Shown: positions 38,993 through 47,833 of the stretch, one piece after another
Numbering within the stretch: position 1 is the first letter of the stretch
Layout of the letters: every line of letters starts with the position of its first letter
Virus record (IMG/VR): IMGVR_UViG_3300024264_000029
Location: 664-64,663 of that record
DNA length: 64,000 nucleotides
Direction: 5' to 3' (one strand)
Source: a virus
Lineage: Duplodnaviria; Caudoviricetes
Program-made: the position numbers and the translations under genes
The notes under the pieces: model-generated
Databases searched by the model: none
Seen by the model: only the letters and a program-made list of their open reading frames with translations
What the model was told of the DNA's origin: nothing

Positions 38993-39020
38993 ATTAAAAA
39001 TTCTCCTAAATAGTTAAATA

Positions 39021-39028
39021 TATTTATA
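39021..39028 (-). promoter_or_regulatory. T4-type late promoter TATAAATA for the gp48 operon
   Basis: Exact match in the divergent gp48/gp4 intergenic region. Confidence 0.75.
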
Positions 39029-39046
39029 AAGGTTTTTTTGATTGAA

Positions 39047-39487
39047 ATGAGAAGATTTACATATAGAGGAAAATACAACCCAAAACACCCACAAAAATAT
39101 GTAGGCAATGTTAAAAATATTGTTTATCGATCCATGTGGGAAAGAAGGTTTATGAAATATTGTGACGATAATCCAGAAGTCCTTGTTTGGTCAAGTGAAG
39201 AGCTCGTAATACCCTATTTATCTCCAATCGATAGAAAGATGCACAGATATTATCCAGATTTCTTGATAAAGGTAAAAAGAAATGATTCGACACAGACAGT
39301 TGTAGTAGAAGTGAAACCAAAAAGAGAAACCAAACCACCAAAAAAGAAACAAAAAATTACACCTAGATATTTAAGTGAAATGAAAACATGGTCAGTAAAT
39401 GAAGCAAAATGGAAAGCTGCAAATGAATTTTGCAAAGACAGAAGATGGGAATTTAAAATTATGACAGAAGATCAGTTAGGAAGATAA
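39047..39487 (+). CDS. gp4: Head completion nuclease gp4
   Basis: YRGKYNPKHPQKYVG, IVYRSMWERRFM.YCD, WSSEE..IPY, HRYYPDF, EVKP and VNEAKW.AA. Confidence 0.92.
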   Translation: MRRFTYRGKYNPKHPQKYVGNVKNIVYRSMWERRFMKYCDDNPEVLVWSSEELVIPYLSPIDRKMHRYYPDFLIKVKRNDSTQTVVVEVKPKRETKPPKKKQKITPRYLSEMKTWSVNEAKWKAANEFCKDRRWEFKIMTEDQLGR

Positions 39488-39488
39488 T

Positions 39489-40061
39489 ATGGCAAACTTC
39501 GCACCACTCTTAGCAAGACTTGCACAAAGAGGAATACAACCAAATACCAATGCAGCCAGAGAATGGTTCAGAAAAAAGGTAAGAGAAACTAGAATTAGTA
39601 GAAATGCACTTTTATCTGATTCCGATAGAAAGGCTGGAGGACTACAAGTTGGACATATGTATTGTTACAACTACGATCCAAAATTTGCGAAAAAACTACC
39701 ATACTATGATGAGTTTCCTCTCATATTTGTGATAGAAAGAACCTCTAAAGGATTTGTAGGAATTAATTTGCATTATGTGTCTCCAAGAAACAGAGTTGCA
39801 ATTATGAACGCATTAGATAAGACAGTCCGTGGCAGAAACTATGATGAGAAAACAAAATTGGCAATTTCTTATAATATCCTAAAAGGTTTGTCTAAATATA
39901 ACATGATAAAACCCTGTGTAAAAAAATATCTATATGGACATGTTAAAGGTAATTTTGTTAAGATAGATGCAAACGAATGGGATATTGCATTATTTTTACC
40001 AGTGCAAAAATTTAGAAAAGCAGCTGCATCCAAAGTTTGGTCAGATTCTGCAAGAAGATAG
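39489..40061 (+). CDS. gp2: DNA end protector gp2
   Basis: GHMY.Y.YDPK...KLPYYDEFPLIF, GINLHY, KPCVKKYL.GHV and WDIA.FLP.QKF. Confidence 0.9.
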   Translation: MANFAPLLARLAQRGIQPNTNAAREWFRKKVRETRISRNALLSDSDRKAGGLQVGHMYCYNYDPKFAKKLPYYDEFPLIFVIERTSKGFVGINLHYVSPRNRVAIMNALDKTVRGRNYDEKTKLAISYNILKGLSKYNMIKPCVKKYLYGHVKGNFVKIDANEWDIALFLPVQKFRKAAASKVWSDSARR

Positions 40062-40068
40062 GATTAAA

Positions 40069-40629
40069 ATGGGAAGTATAACTGACTTTGTTTCCGAAAT
40101 TAATAGAACTGGATTTTCCAGAGCAAATCGTTATGAGATGGTGTTTGTAGTACCAACCGCAGTAAACGGATTGTCGCCAGGCCTAAGCAGATCTCTAACA
40201 TATAGAATAGCATCTGTCAACCTACCAAGTAAATCAATCGCAACTACAGAAACCAAAGTATATGGCCCAGTAAGACAGGCACCATATTCTACGACATATG
40301 ACCAATTAACTTTTAGTATGTATCTCAGTAAAGATTTGCGCGAGCGAAAATCTATGGAAAACTGGATGCATTATATTGTAGATTATGACAATCATAAAAT
40401 AAGATATTTGAATGAATATAAGGGATCGATATATTTGGCAGTTTTTGACGAACAGGAAAATCAAACAGCATCCTATCATTTCATGGAGGCATTTCCACTA
40501 TCAATTGGAGAAGTTGCGTTAGCATATGCAAATGAAGATGTGGCGCAATGTCAGATAACAATGTCATATAGAAAATATATAGAAACCGACTCAAAACAGT
40601 GGCAGGCTGCTAATGGAAGTTATTATTAA
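40069..40629 (+). CDS. Tail-tube-fold protein (gp54-like tube initiator)
   Basis: GFSRANRYEM, VNLPSKSI.T, WM..I and EAFP.SIGEV.L.Y motifs; ATG at 40069 preferred over the ORF-track start. Confidence 0.7.
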   Translation: MGSITDFVSEINRTGFSRANRYEMVFVVPTAVNGLSPGLSRSLTYRIASVNLPSKSIATTETKVYGPVRQAPYSTTYDQLTFSMYLSKDLRERKSMENWMHYIVDYDNHKIRYLNEYKGSIYLAVFDEQENQTASYHFMEAFPLSIGEVALAYANEDVAQCQITMSYRKYIETDSKQWQAANGSYY

Positions 40630-40677
40630 GAGATAAATAAACAGAAGTATTATAATATTAATTTATGAGGAATAATT

Positions 40678-41403
40678 ATGTTACCAAGAATTGATACACC
40701 CACGTATGAATTGACATTACCATCAACTAAGAAGAAACTAAAATTTAGGCCATTCTTAGTAAAAGAAGAAAAAATTCTTCTGATGGCACAAGAAGGAGAT
40801 ACATCAGAAGAAAAAATTGATGCTGTTAAACAGATTATAAGAAATTGTATTTTACAAGATATCGATGTAGATAAATTATCAACATTTGATATCGAATATA
40901 TTTTCATTCAATTAAGATCAAAATCTGTTGGAAATATTATACAGCTAAACTATAAAAGAGAAAATTGTGCAGATAAGGAAGATGGGGCAGGGGATTGTCA
41001 AATACCTTTTCTTTTAAACTTAGACGATACTAAGATTGAAAATATGACACAAGATCACTCAAATGAAATAGTTTTAACAGATGATATTTCAATTTTAATG
41101 AAATATCCAGATTTTTCTTTGATGAATCAGTTGGTAGATGCAGAATCATACGATGATTTGGTTGAATTGATTGCTAATTGTATAGAGTTTATAAAAGACT
41201 CTGACGAAATGCATAATGTATCTGACTACACTAGTCAAGATGTGAAAGATTTTATTGAGAACTTGACACAGAATCAATTTGAGAAAATTAATGAATTTTT
41301 TGAAAATATGCCAGAAACAACTTGTGATGTAAATATCACCTGTTCAAAATGTGGCTTTAAAAAAGAAATGAAAGTGAGGGGTATTTCCGATTTTTTTTCC
41401 TAA
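40678..41403 (+). CDS. gp26: Baseplate hub assembly chaperone gp26
   Basis: LP.I.TPTYELTLPS, FRPFLVKEEKILLMA, FDIEYIF.QLRSKSVG and FFE.MP; ends G..DFFS. Confidence 0.9.
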   Translation: MLPRIDTPTYELTLPSTKKKLKFRPFLVKEEKILLMAQEGDTSEEKIDAVKQIIRNCILQDIDVDKLSTFDIEYIFIQLRSKSVGNIIQLNYKRENCADKEDGAGDCQIPFLLNLDDTKIENMTQDHSNEIVLTDDISILMKYPDFSLMNQLVDAESYDDLVELIANCIEFIKDSDEMHNVSDYTSQDVKDFIENLTQNQFEKINEFFENMPETTCDVNITCSKCGFKKEMKVRGISDFFS

Positions 41404-41585
41404 GCTTAAATCATGAATCCCTGGCGTCTTTGTATAGGAATAATTTTGCGTTAATGCACCACCATAAATATAGTTTAACTGAGTTGAATGATATGATTCC
41501 TTGGGAGAGAGAAGTATATCTTAATTTATTGATTGGTTATTTAGAAGAAGAAAAAAGAAGAAAAGAACAACTTAAAAATCAATAA
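41391..41585 (+). CDS. gp51: gp51-like baseplate hub assembly protein, probably read as a -1 frameshift extension of gp26 (first in-frame ATG at 41454)
   Basis: The -1 frame is open from the T8 run: FFFLSLNHESLASLYRNNFALMHHHKYSLTELNDMIPWEREVYLNLLIGYLEEE. It is not in the ORF track. Confidence 0.75.
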   Translation, partial: FFFLSLNHESLASLYRNNFALMHHHKYSLTELNDMIPWEREVYLNLLIGYLEEEKRRKEQLKNQ

Positions 41586-41596
41586 GGAACTATAAC

Positions 41597-41920
41597 ATGA
41601 CCAAAACACTCGAAACCGACAGCGTATTAAATAATGCAGACGCGAATGGAGATAATGTTATAAGCAATGATGAATTGGCGAGACACGAAAGAATGTTGAA
41701 AATTGAAAATGAAGATAAAAAAGAAGATCAAATCAGATCCATGGCATGGTTTGCATTGGCAGGCATGTTGTTATATCCGTTTGCGGTGGTGATTGCAGAT
41801 TTAGTTGAATTAGATAATGCAGCAAAAATATTAGGTGACATGGCACCAACATATTTTGTATCAGTCGCAGCATTAGTTGCAGCATTCTTCGGCGCACAAG
41901 CATATACTAAAGGCAAATAA
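41597..41920 (+). CDS. Small membrane protein (EF-hand-like loop plus 2 TM segments; holin-like)
   Basis: DANGDNVISNDE loop followed by two hydrophobic segments. Confidence 0.55.
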   Translation: MTKTLETDSVLNNADANGDNVISNDELARHERMLKIENEDKKEDQIRSMAWFALAGMLLYPFAVVIADLVELDNAAKILGDMAPTYFVSVAALVAAFFGAQAYTKGK

Positions 41921-44374
41921 ATGGCAGATCTTGCACCAGTAACAGAAAAACTGATAAAACAAAATCAAGAAGAACTAGCAAAGTCTGTAAAGGATGCAAG
42001 TATATCATTGCAGTCTGCTGGTGCAAGACAAGCTCTTACAGAAATTGCATCTATTTTTGAAGAACAATCTGGAGTGTCAGTAAAAGAATTTAAACAGAGT
42101 AGAGATAAAATCACTGCACTGTCATCATCTTTGGATGAAATGGATACTGTATCAAATACTGAAAGAAAAATACTTGAAGATATTCTTAAAAATTCCCAGA
42201 CAAGTATAAAAGAAAACGCAAACTTCAAAAAAAGTGTTGGGGAATTAACATCCAATGCAGTTAAGTCTGGACTAGATGGTGTGGGTGGAATGTTAACTGG
42301 CGCACTTGCCCAAAGTCCTATTCTGGCTCTTGGTGCAAGTTTTCTTGGAGATCGTGTAAAACAATTTAGAGAAAGACGCGCGGCCGCCAAAGAAGAAGAA
42401 AATCAGAGAACAGAGAGAATAAAACAAGAAACCGAAATCGAGAAAAAAGAATTTGAGATTTTAAGAACCCAAATATCTAATGAAGATGCTATTTCTCGTT
42501 CTAATATGGATCAGCAAAAGATTCAAGAAGAAGCAAGATCCAGAGGTGTATCTGAACAAACTGTAATAGATGAAGTAAAAGATAATATTATCAGGACAGC
42601 TAAAAATGAAAAACTTTCAAATGATAAGAAAAAGGCAGAATTAGATACAATAGAAGATCTCAAAAAGAAATATGAAATTGAAACTGAAGTATCTAAACCA
42701 GAAAGTCCTACAGAAAACTTTAATGATAATATAAGTACACCAGAAACAACTGAAACGGATACAAATGCACTATTAGATATTGATGAAAAGTTGGGGCCCA
42801 ATCAAGCATACTTAGAAGAAATTAGAGACCTCTTGCAATGGATGAAAGATAATGATGGAAATCCTACTTCTCTAGAAATAGAAGAAGCAAGAGAATTGAG
42901 AAGAGAAAGAAAAAAGACACTTGAGATTGAAAAGGCACAACTCAAAGCAATGCAGGGAATGGGTGCCGGTGGTTTAGGTATATCATCTGGTAAGGCCGGT
43001 GGTAATGAAGGAAGTTTATTAGATACGGTTGGTGATATTGGTGGGGGAGTTGCCGCGTTGGGTGGTCTTGCTGCTGCATTTAAAGTATTTAAAAAGGGTG
43101 GGTTTAGAGGTTTAATCAAAGCGGTTCCAGCTCTAATGGGGTTATCTACTGCAATGGATGTTATCACACCAGATCTCGCTTCATCAATAGATGGGCCAGC
43201 TGGCCGCGATGCAGCAAAAACAAGAAAAGCAAAACCCAGAGGAAGATTTGGACGAATATTCGACTTTGCAAAAAGAAATTTAAAAAAAGTAAATCCAAAA
43301 TTATTACTTGGTGGAGCCGCTGTTGCAACAGCAGTAGGAGCGACTACAGCACTCACACCAAGTAACGATATAGACACGCCCAAATCTACAGCACTCACAC
43401 CAAGTAAAGATATAGACACACCCAAATCTGCAAAACCAAGATCTGGATCTGGTGGATTGGGTAAGGCAAAAGAACTGATATCTAAAAAAACTAAAACTGC
43501 TGTTGCGGCTACCAGTGCTGTTGCATCAAAGGCAGCAACTCCTGTCAAGTCTGCTGCTAGTGCAATTAATAAAAAACTTGCAAAAACTATTTTAGCAAAA
43601 AGGGGAGCAATGATGGCCGCGAAGGCGATCCCTGCTGTCGGAGCGATTGCAGGAGCAGGATTTGCATTGGGAAGATTATTTCGTGGTGATTTTGTAGGTG
43701 CTGCAGCCGAAGCCGGTGGTATATTAGTGCCGGGCCCAATTTCAGCTGCAGTAGACATTCCGATCATGGTCAGAGATACTTACAATGATATGTATGGAAC
43801 AGACGATAATAGATTTCCATTTGAAAGTGATGGAATCACTAAACCAGAAATATTTAAAGAAAGAACTGCCGCTTTGGGAAAAATGGCAAAAGAAATGATA
43901 ACTGGCACAGATGATAATATTGAGAAACATAACAAAAACGCTTCAGAAGTAGAAAGAAGTAATATAAGTTCAGAAATCACAGATATGGAAAGTGAACTGG
44001 AAACATTATCCAACAAAAGCAGACAAAACCGCGGCGACAGAAGAAGAATGGGCGAGTTAAAAAGAAATATAGAGGTCAAAAAAAATCGGCTGGCGGAAAT
44101 CACTCCAGCACCAACCGATAATAATATTGATAATTCTATACAAAATGTTGCATCTACGCAAGCAGAACAAAAACTTCAAGTTGCAAATGCAATGAACGGA
44201 AATGCATTAGATAATCAAGCTTCTGCAGCTGCTGCTAATGTGGTTGTCGCCCCTACTACAAATAATTCAACCAATGTAGTAAATAATAACAGCACAACAA
44301 ATACAGCAAAACCAGAAGTAAGACATACGGATATGTCTATAAGAAATATACATGCTGGAATTGGTGCATATTAA
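41921..44374 (+). CDS. Tail tape-measure-like protein (gp29 position)
   Basis: 817 aa, helical and Ala/Gly-rich; AIPAVGAIAGAGFALGRL..GDF.GA motif; N-rich C-terminus; follows gp26/gp51. Confidence 0.65.
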   Translation: MADLAPVTEKLIKQNQEELAKSVKDASISLQSAGARQALTEIASIFEEQSGVSVKEFKQSRDKITALSSSLDEMDTVSNTERKILEDILKNSQTSIKENANFKKSVGELTSNAVKSGLDGVGGMLTGALAQSPILALGASFLGDRVKQFRERRAAAKEEENQRTERIKQETEIEKKEFEILRTQISNEDAISRSNMDQQKIQEEARSRGVSEQTVIDEVKDNIIRTAKNEKLSNDKKKAELDTIEDLKKKYEIETEVSKPESPTENFNDNISTPETTETDTNALLDIDEKLGPNQAYLEEIRDLLQWMKDNDGNPTSLEIEEARELRRERKKTLEIEKAQLKAMQGMGAGGLGISSGKAGGNEGSLLDTVGDIGGGVAALGGLAAAFKVFKKGGFRGLIKAVPALMGLSTAMDVITPDLASSIDGPAGRDAAKTRKAKPRGRFGRIFDFAKRNLKKVNPKLLLGGAAVATAVGATTALTPSNDIDTPKSTALTPSKDIDTPKSAKPRSGSGGLGKAKELISKKTKTAVAATSAVASKAATPVKSAASAINKKLAKTILAKRGAMMAAKAIPAVGAIAGAGFALGRLFRGDFVGAAAEAGGILVPGPISAAVDIPIMVRDTYNDMYGTDDNRFPFESDGITKPEIFKERTAALGKMAKEMITGTDDNIEKHNKNASEVERSNISSEITDMESELETLSNKSRQNRGDRRRMGELKRNIEVKKNRLAEITPAPTDNNIDNSIQNVASTQAEQKLQVANAMNGNALDNQASAAAANVVVAPTTNNSTNVVNNNSTTNTAKPEVRHTDMSIRNIHAGIGAY
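43344..43429. repeat. Near-perfect 2 x 42 bp in-frame duplication (TALTPS[N/K]DIDTPKS)
   Basis: Copies start at 43344 and 43386 and differ at 2 positions. Confidence 0.85.
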
Positions 44375-44377
44375 AAC

Positions 44378-44566
44378 TTATATAGTTGGGGCGTATTGTT
44401 CTCCATTGTAGCCAGGATATGTCTGTCCATCATGAACACCAGAGTTGCACCCAACTACAACAACCAATAAAAAGAATACTGACCACAAAGCAACCCTTTT
44501 GCTCCACATCATAAATGCATCAAATGTTTTTTCTGCTTCTTGTTGGGCTTGTTCTCTAGGTGTCAT
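44378..44566 (-). CDS. aa3-type cytochrome c oxidase subunit IV-like small membrane protein
   Basis: QQEAEKTFDAFMMWSKRVALWSVFFLLVVV resembles the alphaproteobacterial CoxIV pattern E.TF.GF...+TM. Start at 44566 by ATGA overlap with the upstream ORF. Confidence 0.6.
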   Translation of the reverse strand: MTPREQAQQEAEKTFDAFMMWSKRVALWSVFFLLVVVVGCNSGVHDGQTYPGYNGEQYAPTI

Positions 44567-44736
44567 AGACTGATACCAAAACATGGCAACCAACTTTGAT
44601 TGCAGTACTGAGCATAGTCTTCAAGTCCTACCATTGCCATAAGTGCTAAAATTGGAACACCTATAATCATAAATGCGATAACTAGAAAGGCTTTGCCCAA
44701 GTCTTTAGTTGTACAATAATTTGTTTGTTCACTCAT
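44563..44736 (-). CDS. 57-aa single-TM protein
   Basis: MSEQTNYCTTKDLGKAFLVIAFMIIGVPILALMAMVGLEDYAQYCNQSWLPCFGISL; GAAGGA RBS; below the ORF-track cutoff. Confidence 0.7.
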   Translation of the reverse strand: MSEQTNYCTTKDLGKAFLVIAFMIIGVPILALMAMVGLEDYAQYCNQSWLPCFGISL

Positions 44737-44803
44737 TTTATAATTCCTTCATTACATACACAAATCTTCGTAATTAGTGGTATGGGATCTATGCAAGACC
44801 CCA

Positions 44804-45211
44804 TTACTCTTCTGTGGGTTCGCCCATAGTCTGTAGATACGCAATAATGTCTGCACGTTTTGCTTCCTTTTTCTCTTTAAAGTTCATCTTTGTACCTTTA
44901 ACTAATTTTTTAGAATTAGTCAACCAAGCATCCATCAATTCTGGCGTCCACTCTGGATTTTCTTCTGCCCATGCCAGAAACTTTTCGCTATATCTAAAGT
45001 CTGCTTGTGCAGTACCTCTTTGCATAATATTCCATAGATTGGGCCCAGTTTTATTCTTACCGCCTTCTTCAATGCTGTGACATGAGGCGCATTTTTTAAA
45101 ACCTTTTTTTCCCTTATCAGGATTTCCTTCTGCAGATGCAGTTGCAACATATAACATACTTACTAAAAAACCTAAAACAAAAGTCCAAATTAAAGCTTTA
45201 TTCATTTTCAT
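44804..45211 (-). CDS. Class I cytochrome c (c2/c550-like)
   Basis: Signal peptide; G...KGKK.FKKCASCH (CxxCH), KTGPNL, F.YS and GTKMNF (axial Met). Confidence 0.92.
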   Translation of the reverse strand: MKMNKALIWTFVLGFLVSMLYVATASAEGNPDKGKKGFKKCASCHSIEEGGKNKTGPNLWNIMQRGTAQADFRYSEKFLAWAEENPEWTPELMDAWLTNSKKLVKGTKMNFKEKKEAKRADIIAYLQTMGEPTEE

Positions 45212-45229
45212 TTCCCTTATATTAAAAAG

Positions 45230-45415
45230 TTATTTATCGTCAATCTTTCCAAGTTCTGTCATACACTTCTTGGCTTCCTCGTAATAACCCATTCTTGCGA
45301 GCTCCGCTGCCGCTCTCGCATATCCAATTGTCTGCGTATAACGATCTAGTGCCGACCACAATCCAGATAATGGTGAGAAGACATAATTGCTTACCAATGC
45401 TGTCATTATACCCAC
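45230..45415 (-). CDS. Small hypothetical protein
   Basis: 61 aa; GYARAAAELARMGYYEEAK; overlaps the end of the DUF1127 gene. Confidence 0.65.
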   Translation of the reverse strand: MGIMTALVSNYVFSPLSGLWSALDRYTQTIGYARAAAELARMGYYEEAKKCMTELGKIDDK

Positions 45416-45648
45416 CCCTTTAAATTTGTATTTGCATATCCGACAAGTTCTTTCTTGTCTCTGTTTTCTTCCATGATATCTTTATAATGCTTTTGTGCAA
45501 TATGTCTAATATCTCCACGACTAATTCCAATATCATTTAAATCGTAATCTGATAATCTTGATAATTCATTAATGGTGCTTTTTCTTGCCGATTTTGCTTC
45601 GTGGCGAGTTTGCCATGAACCATATAAGTTGATTAATACCCCTAACAT
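45406..45648 (-). CDS. DUF1127 (YjiS-like) small protein
   Basis: R.T..ELSRLSDYDLNDIGISRGDI signature. Confidence 0.85.
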   Translation of the reverse strand: MLGVLINLYGSWQTRHEAKSARKSTINELSRLSDYDLNDIGISRGDIRHIAQKHYKDIMEENRDKKELVGYANTNLKGWV

Positions 45649-45777
45649 TTTTTTTCCTTTCGTGTGATAAATGTGTGTATCCTATACATTAATATATAGT
45701 GTGCAGGAGCAGAAAAACAAGGGTTTAAGCAATCTAAAATAGGTATTCCCGATATGCATTTTGTGCAACTCTAGAAA

Positions 45778-45806
45778 TTAAAGGGGTAGAAATTTCTTCC
45801 TACCCC
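45778..45806 (-). terminator. Terminator hairpin downstream of gp32
   Basis: Minus strand reads GGGGTAGGA-AGAAAT-TTCTACCCC-TTT. Confidence 0.6.
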
Positions 45807-45889
45807 AACTCTAGTATTGTACCTAGTCTTTTCGATGCGAGTCTAACTCAGCCATCAGGGATATTCACCTAGTATACCCTTCTTATTTA

Positions 45890-46813
45890 TCACATCTCTT
45901 CAGCAAGACGTTCAAAGTAACCAATCGAATCGTCTTCATCATCTGAAGATGAACTCTGTGGTTCTGGAGAACTCTCAGCATAACTAGGTGCCACCTTCTC
46001 TTTAAAAGAAGGTTTACTGAATGTTTGAGTCGGTGTTGACTCATCCATATCATAGTCTGCATTTGTTGATGGAGCAGTTACTCCAAGAACACGATCCAAA
46101 CGTTCTTTAATCTGTTCATAAGATTTAAAGTTATTTGGACTTACAAACTCTTCAAGAGAGTGTTGTTGATTATAAATTGTTTCCAATTCAGCATCGTCTT
46201 GTGACAAAGCACTAGTTCTATCGAACTCTGATTTGTCATAGTTACCATATCCATCAACAGTACGATACTTCAGTTTGAAGTTTGCACCTTCCCAGAAATC
46301 AAATGGGTTGATTGGATCTTCATCTTCGAACTGTGGACGCATGATATCGTTCAGCTTGTCAAAGATTTTTTTACCAAATGAATAGAGGAATACTTTTCCA
46401 TCATTATCTGGATTTGCGGGATCTTTCACGACATAGATATTTGAAATATATTTCAATCTACGTTTACGATCCCGAGCAAGGTTTTGATTCTCTTGCGAAC
46501 CAGTTCCCCATAGTTCTGTATTACTTTCGCAGACAGGACATGGTTTACCAATAGTAGTAAGACAGTTATCAATCAACCATCCGCCAGGGCCTTTAAATCC
46601 ATGATTAAAGATACGAACCCATGGCAAATCCTCACCATCAGTTGGTGGAAGAAAACGAATTACTGCATAACTGTTACCAGTCTTATCAATAGTCGGTTTC
46701 CAAAAGCGATCATCTTGTGATGATGAATTTGATTGTGGTTGTGATGTTTTTTCTAACTCTTCAGCAAGTTTACTGAAATTGTTACGATTCTTTTTAAGCG
46801 ATGCAAAAGACAT
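45890..46813 (-). CDS. gp32: Single-stranded DNA-binding protein gp32
   Basis: DDRFWKP..DK.GN.YAVIRFLP, HGFKGPGGW.I.NCLTT.G..CPVCE, GKKIFDK, NYDKSEF and an acidic tail. Confidence 0.96.
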   Translation of the reverse strand: MSFASLKKNRNNFSKLAEELEKTSQPQSNSSSQDDRFWKPTIDKTGNSYAVIRFLPPTDGEDLPWVRIFNHGFKGPGGWLIDNCLTTIGKPCPVCESNTELWGTGSQENQNLARDRKRRLKYISNIYVVKDPANPDNDGKVFLYSFGKKIFDKLNDIMRPQFEDEDPINPFDFWEGANFKLKYRTVDGYGNYDKSEFDRTSALSQDDAELETIYNQQHSLEEFVSPNNFKSYEQIKERLDRVLGVTAPSTNADYDMDESTPTQTFSKPSFKEKVAPSYAESSPEPQSSSSDDEDDSIGYFERLAEEM

Positions 46814-46859
46814 ATTTTTTTCTCCTAATATACGTTGTATGCGTTTTTGTATTGTTTCT

Positions 46860-46888
46860 AATATAACATTTTATGCGTTGTATGTCAA
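46860..46888 (-). promoter_or_regulatory. Sigma70-type promoter of gp32
   Basis: TTGACA-N17-TATATT. Confidence 0.7.
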
Positions 46889-46896
46889 TAAGTAAA

Positions 46897-47577
46897 TTAA
46901 ATATATTTACCATAATTTTCATAATAATCCTCAATCAAAAGAGTCTTTACGACCCCAACATAATAATCAAGTTCCACATCCAAAAAGGACATGTACTTTT
47001 CTACCTTCTTACGATACTCAGGCCAATAGGTAGTATCGTTTATTTTAACTCGTTTTAAGAAACCAAAAATCTTCTCAAAGATTACTAAGGTTTCCAAGCA
47101 TATCTCACCTTTCTGTTCCAACTGGACAATGAAAGGATAATTGTTTCCAACCGATTTAAAAATGTTTGGAAATTCTATATCACCAGATGAAGCCTTGGCG
47201 AACAAAACCTCACAGTCAGACTTAAAAGTATACCTTATGCTATGTATACGTTTTTTCCACGCCTTATGGATTTCACTTGACTCAGAATCTAGAAGATACT
47301 TAGAATGCATATATTCATTACGATGTATTGCTAAATTTCCTTTATCTGTCACATTTACAAAGACAGAAAGAAGAAACTCTTCTAAAGATTTTTTATCATA
47401 TCTTCTAGATAATTCTTCAAAAGTTTTCTTATCTTTTCTATTAAGATAGGTTTCTTTTTTGGTGTTTGTAGTTCCATACTTTTTATAATCTAGTTTATCG
47501 GCAAAATGGTGTTTCATTGCCAAGTAAATCTTAAAGGCTTCAAAGTCATCTATTTTTCTACTAGACATGTATCTCAT
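46897..47577 (-). CDS. gp59: Helicase loader gp59
   Basis: FEAFKIYLAMKHHF...DY.KYG, F..LSRRY and I.LETLVI motifs; gp33-gp59-gp32 synteny. Confidence 0.85.
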   Translation of the reverse strand: MRYMSSRKIDDFEAFKIYLAMKHHFADKLDYKKYGTTNTKKETYLNRKDKKTFEELSRRYDKKSLEEFLLSVFVNVTDKGNLAIHRNEYMHSKYLLDSESSEIHKAWKKRIHSIRYTFKSDCEVLFAKASSGDIEFPNIFKSVGNNYPFIVQLEQKGEICLETLVIFEKIFGFLKRVKINDTTYWPEYRKKVEKYMSFLDVELDYYVGVVKTLLIEDYYENYGKYI

Positions 47578-47798
47578 AGGGGTAAACGTTCTGTAGACTT
47601 GCGTACTAAGTTTAATCCCTCTGCTTCAAATTTGATTTTTTCTTTGATAAACGAACTCAACAATGGAGTTACATTTTCTACTTCTAGTTTATTGATCTCG
47701 CAATAGTGCGTGATTGTTTCGATGTAAGACATTTTCATTTCGCTTACAGTCTTTTCTATTTCATCACAAAACTCTTTTGAACTTTTTAACTTTAACAT
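47574..47798 (-). CDS. gp33: Late transcription coactivator gp33
   Basis: F..EIE..V....MSYIE.I..YCE.N..E.E....L....KEKI..EA..LN; AAAGGAGA RBS before the ATG at 47798. Confidence 0.88.
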   Translation of the reverse strand: MLKLKSSKEFCDEIEKTVSEMKMSYIETITHYCEINKLEVENVTPLLSSFIKEKIKFEAEGLNLVRKSTERLPL

Positions 47799-47833
47799 AC
47801 TATCTCCTTTTACGTTATAGCGCATATTATTAG

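Noticed and set aside
39967-40068. N-terminal extension of the gp54-like ORF in the ORF track
   Set aside because: It overlaps gp2. The ATG at 40069 has an AGGA RBS and matches where the family-like sequence begins.
42802-43767. 321-aa minus-strand ORF, and the other antisense ORFs over the structural genes
   Set aside because: These are shadow frames opposite well-supported genes, with no RBS or recognisable motifs.
45820-45862. Hammerhead ribozyme (CTGATG...GAAA on the minus strand)
   Set aside because: The core reads CUGAUGG rather than CUGANGA, and I could not build stems I and III with a cleavage triplet.
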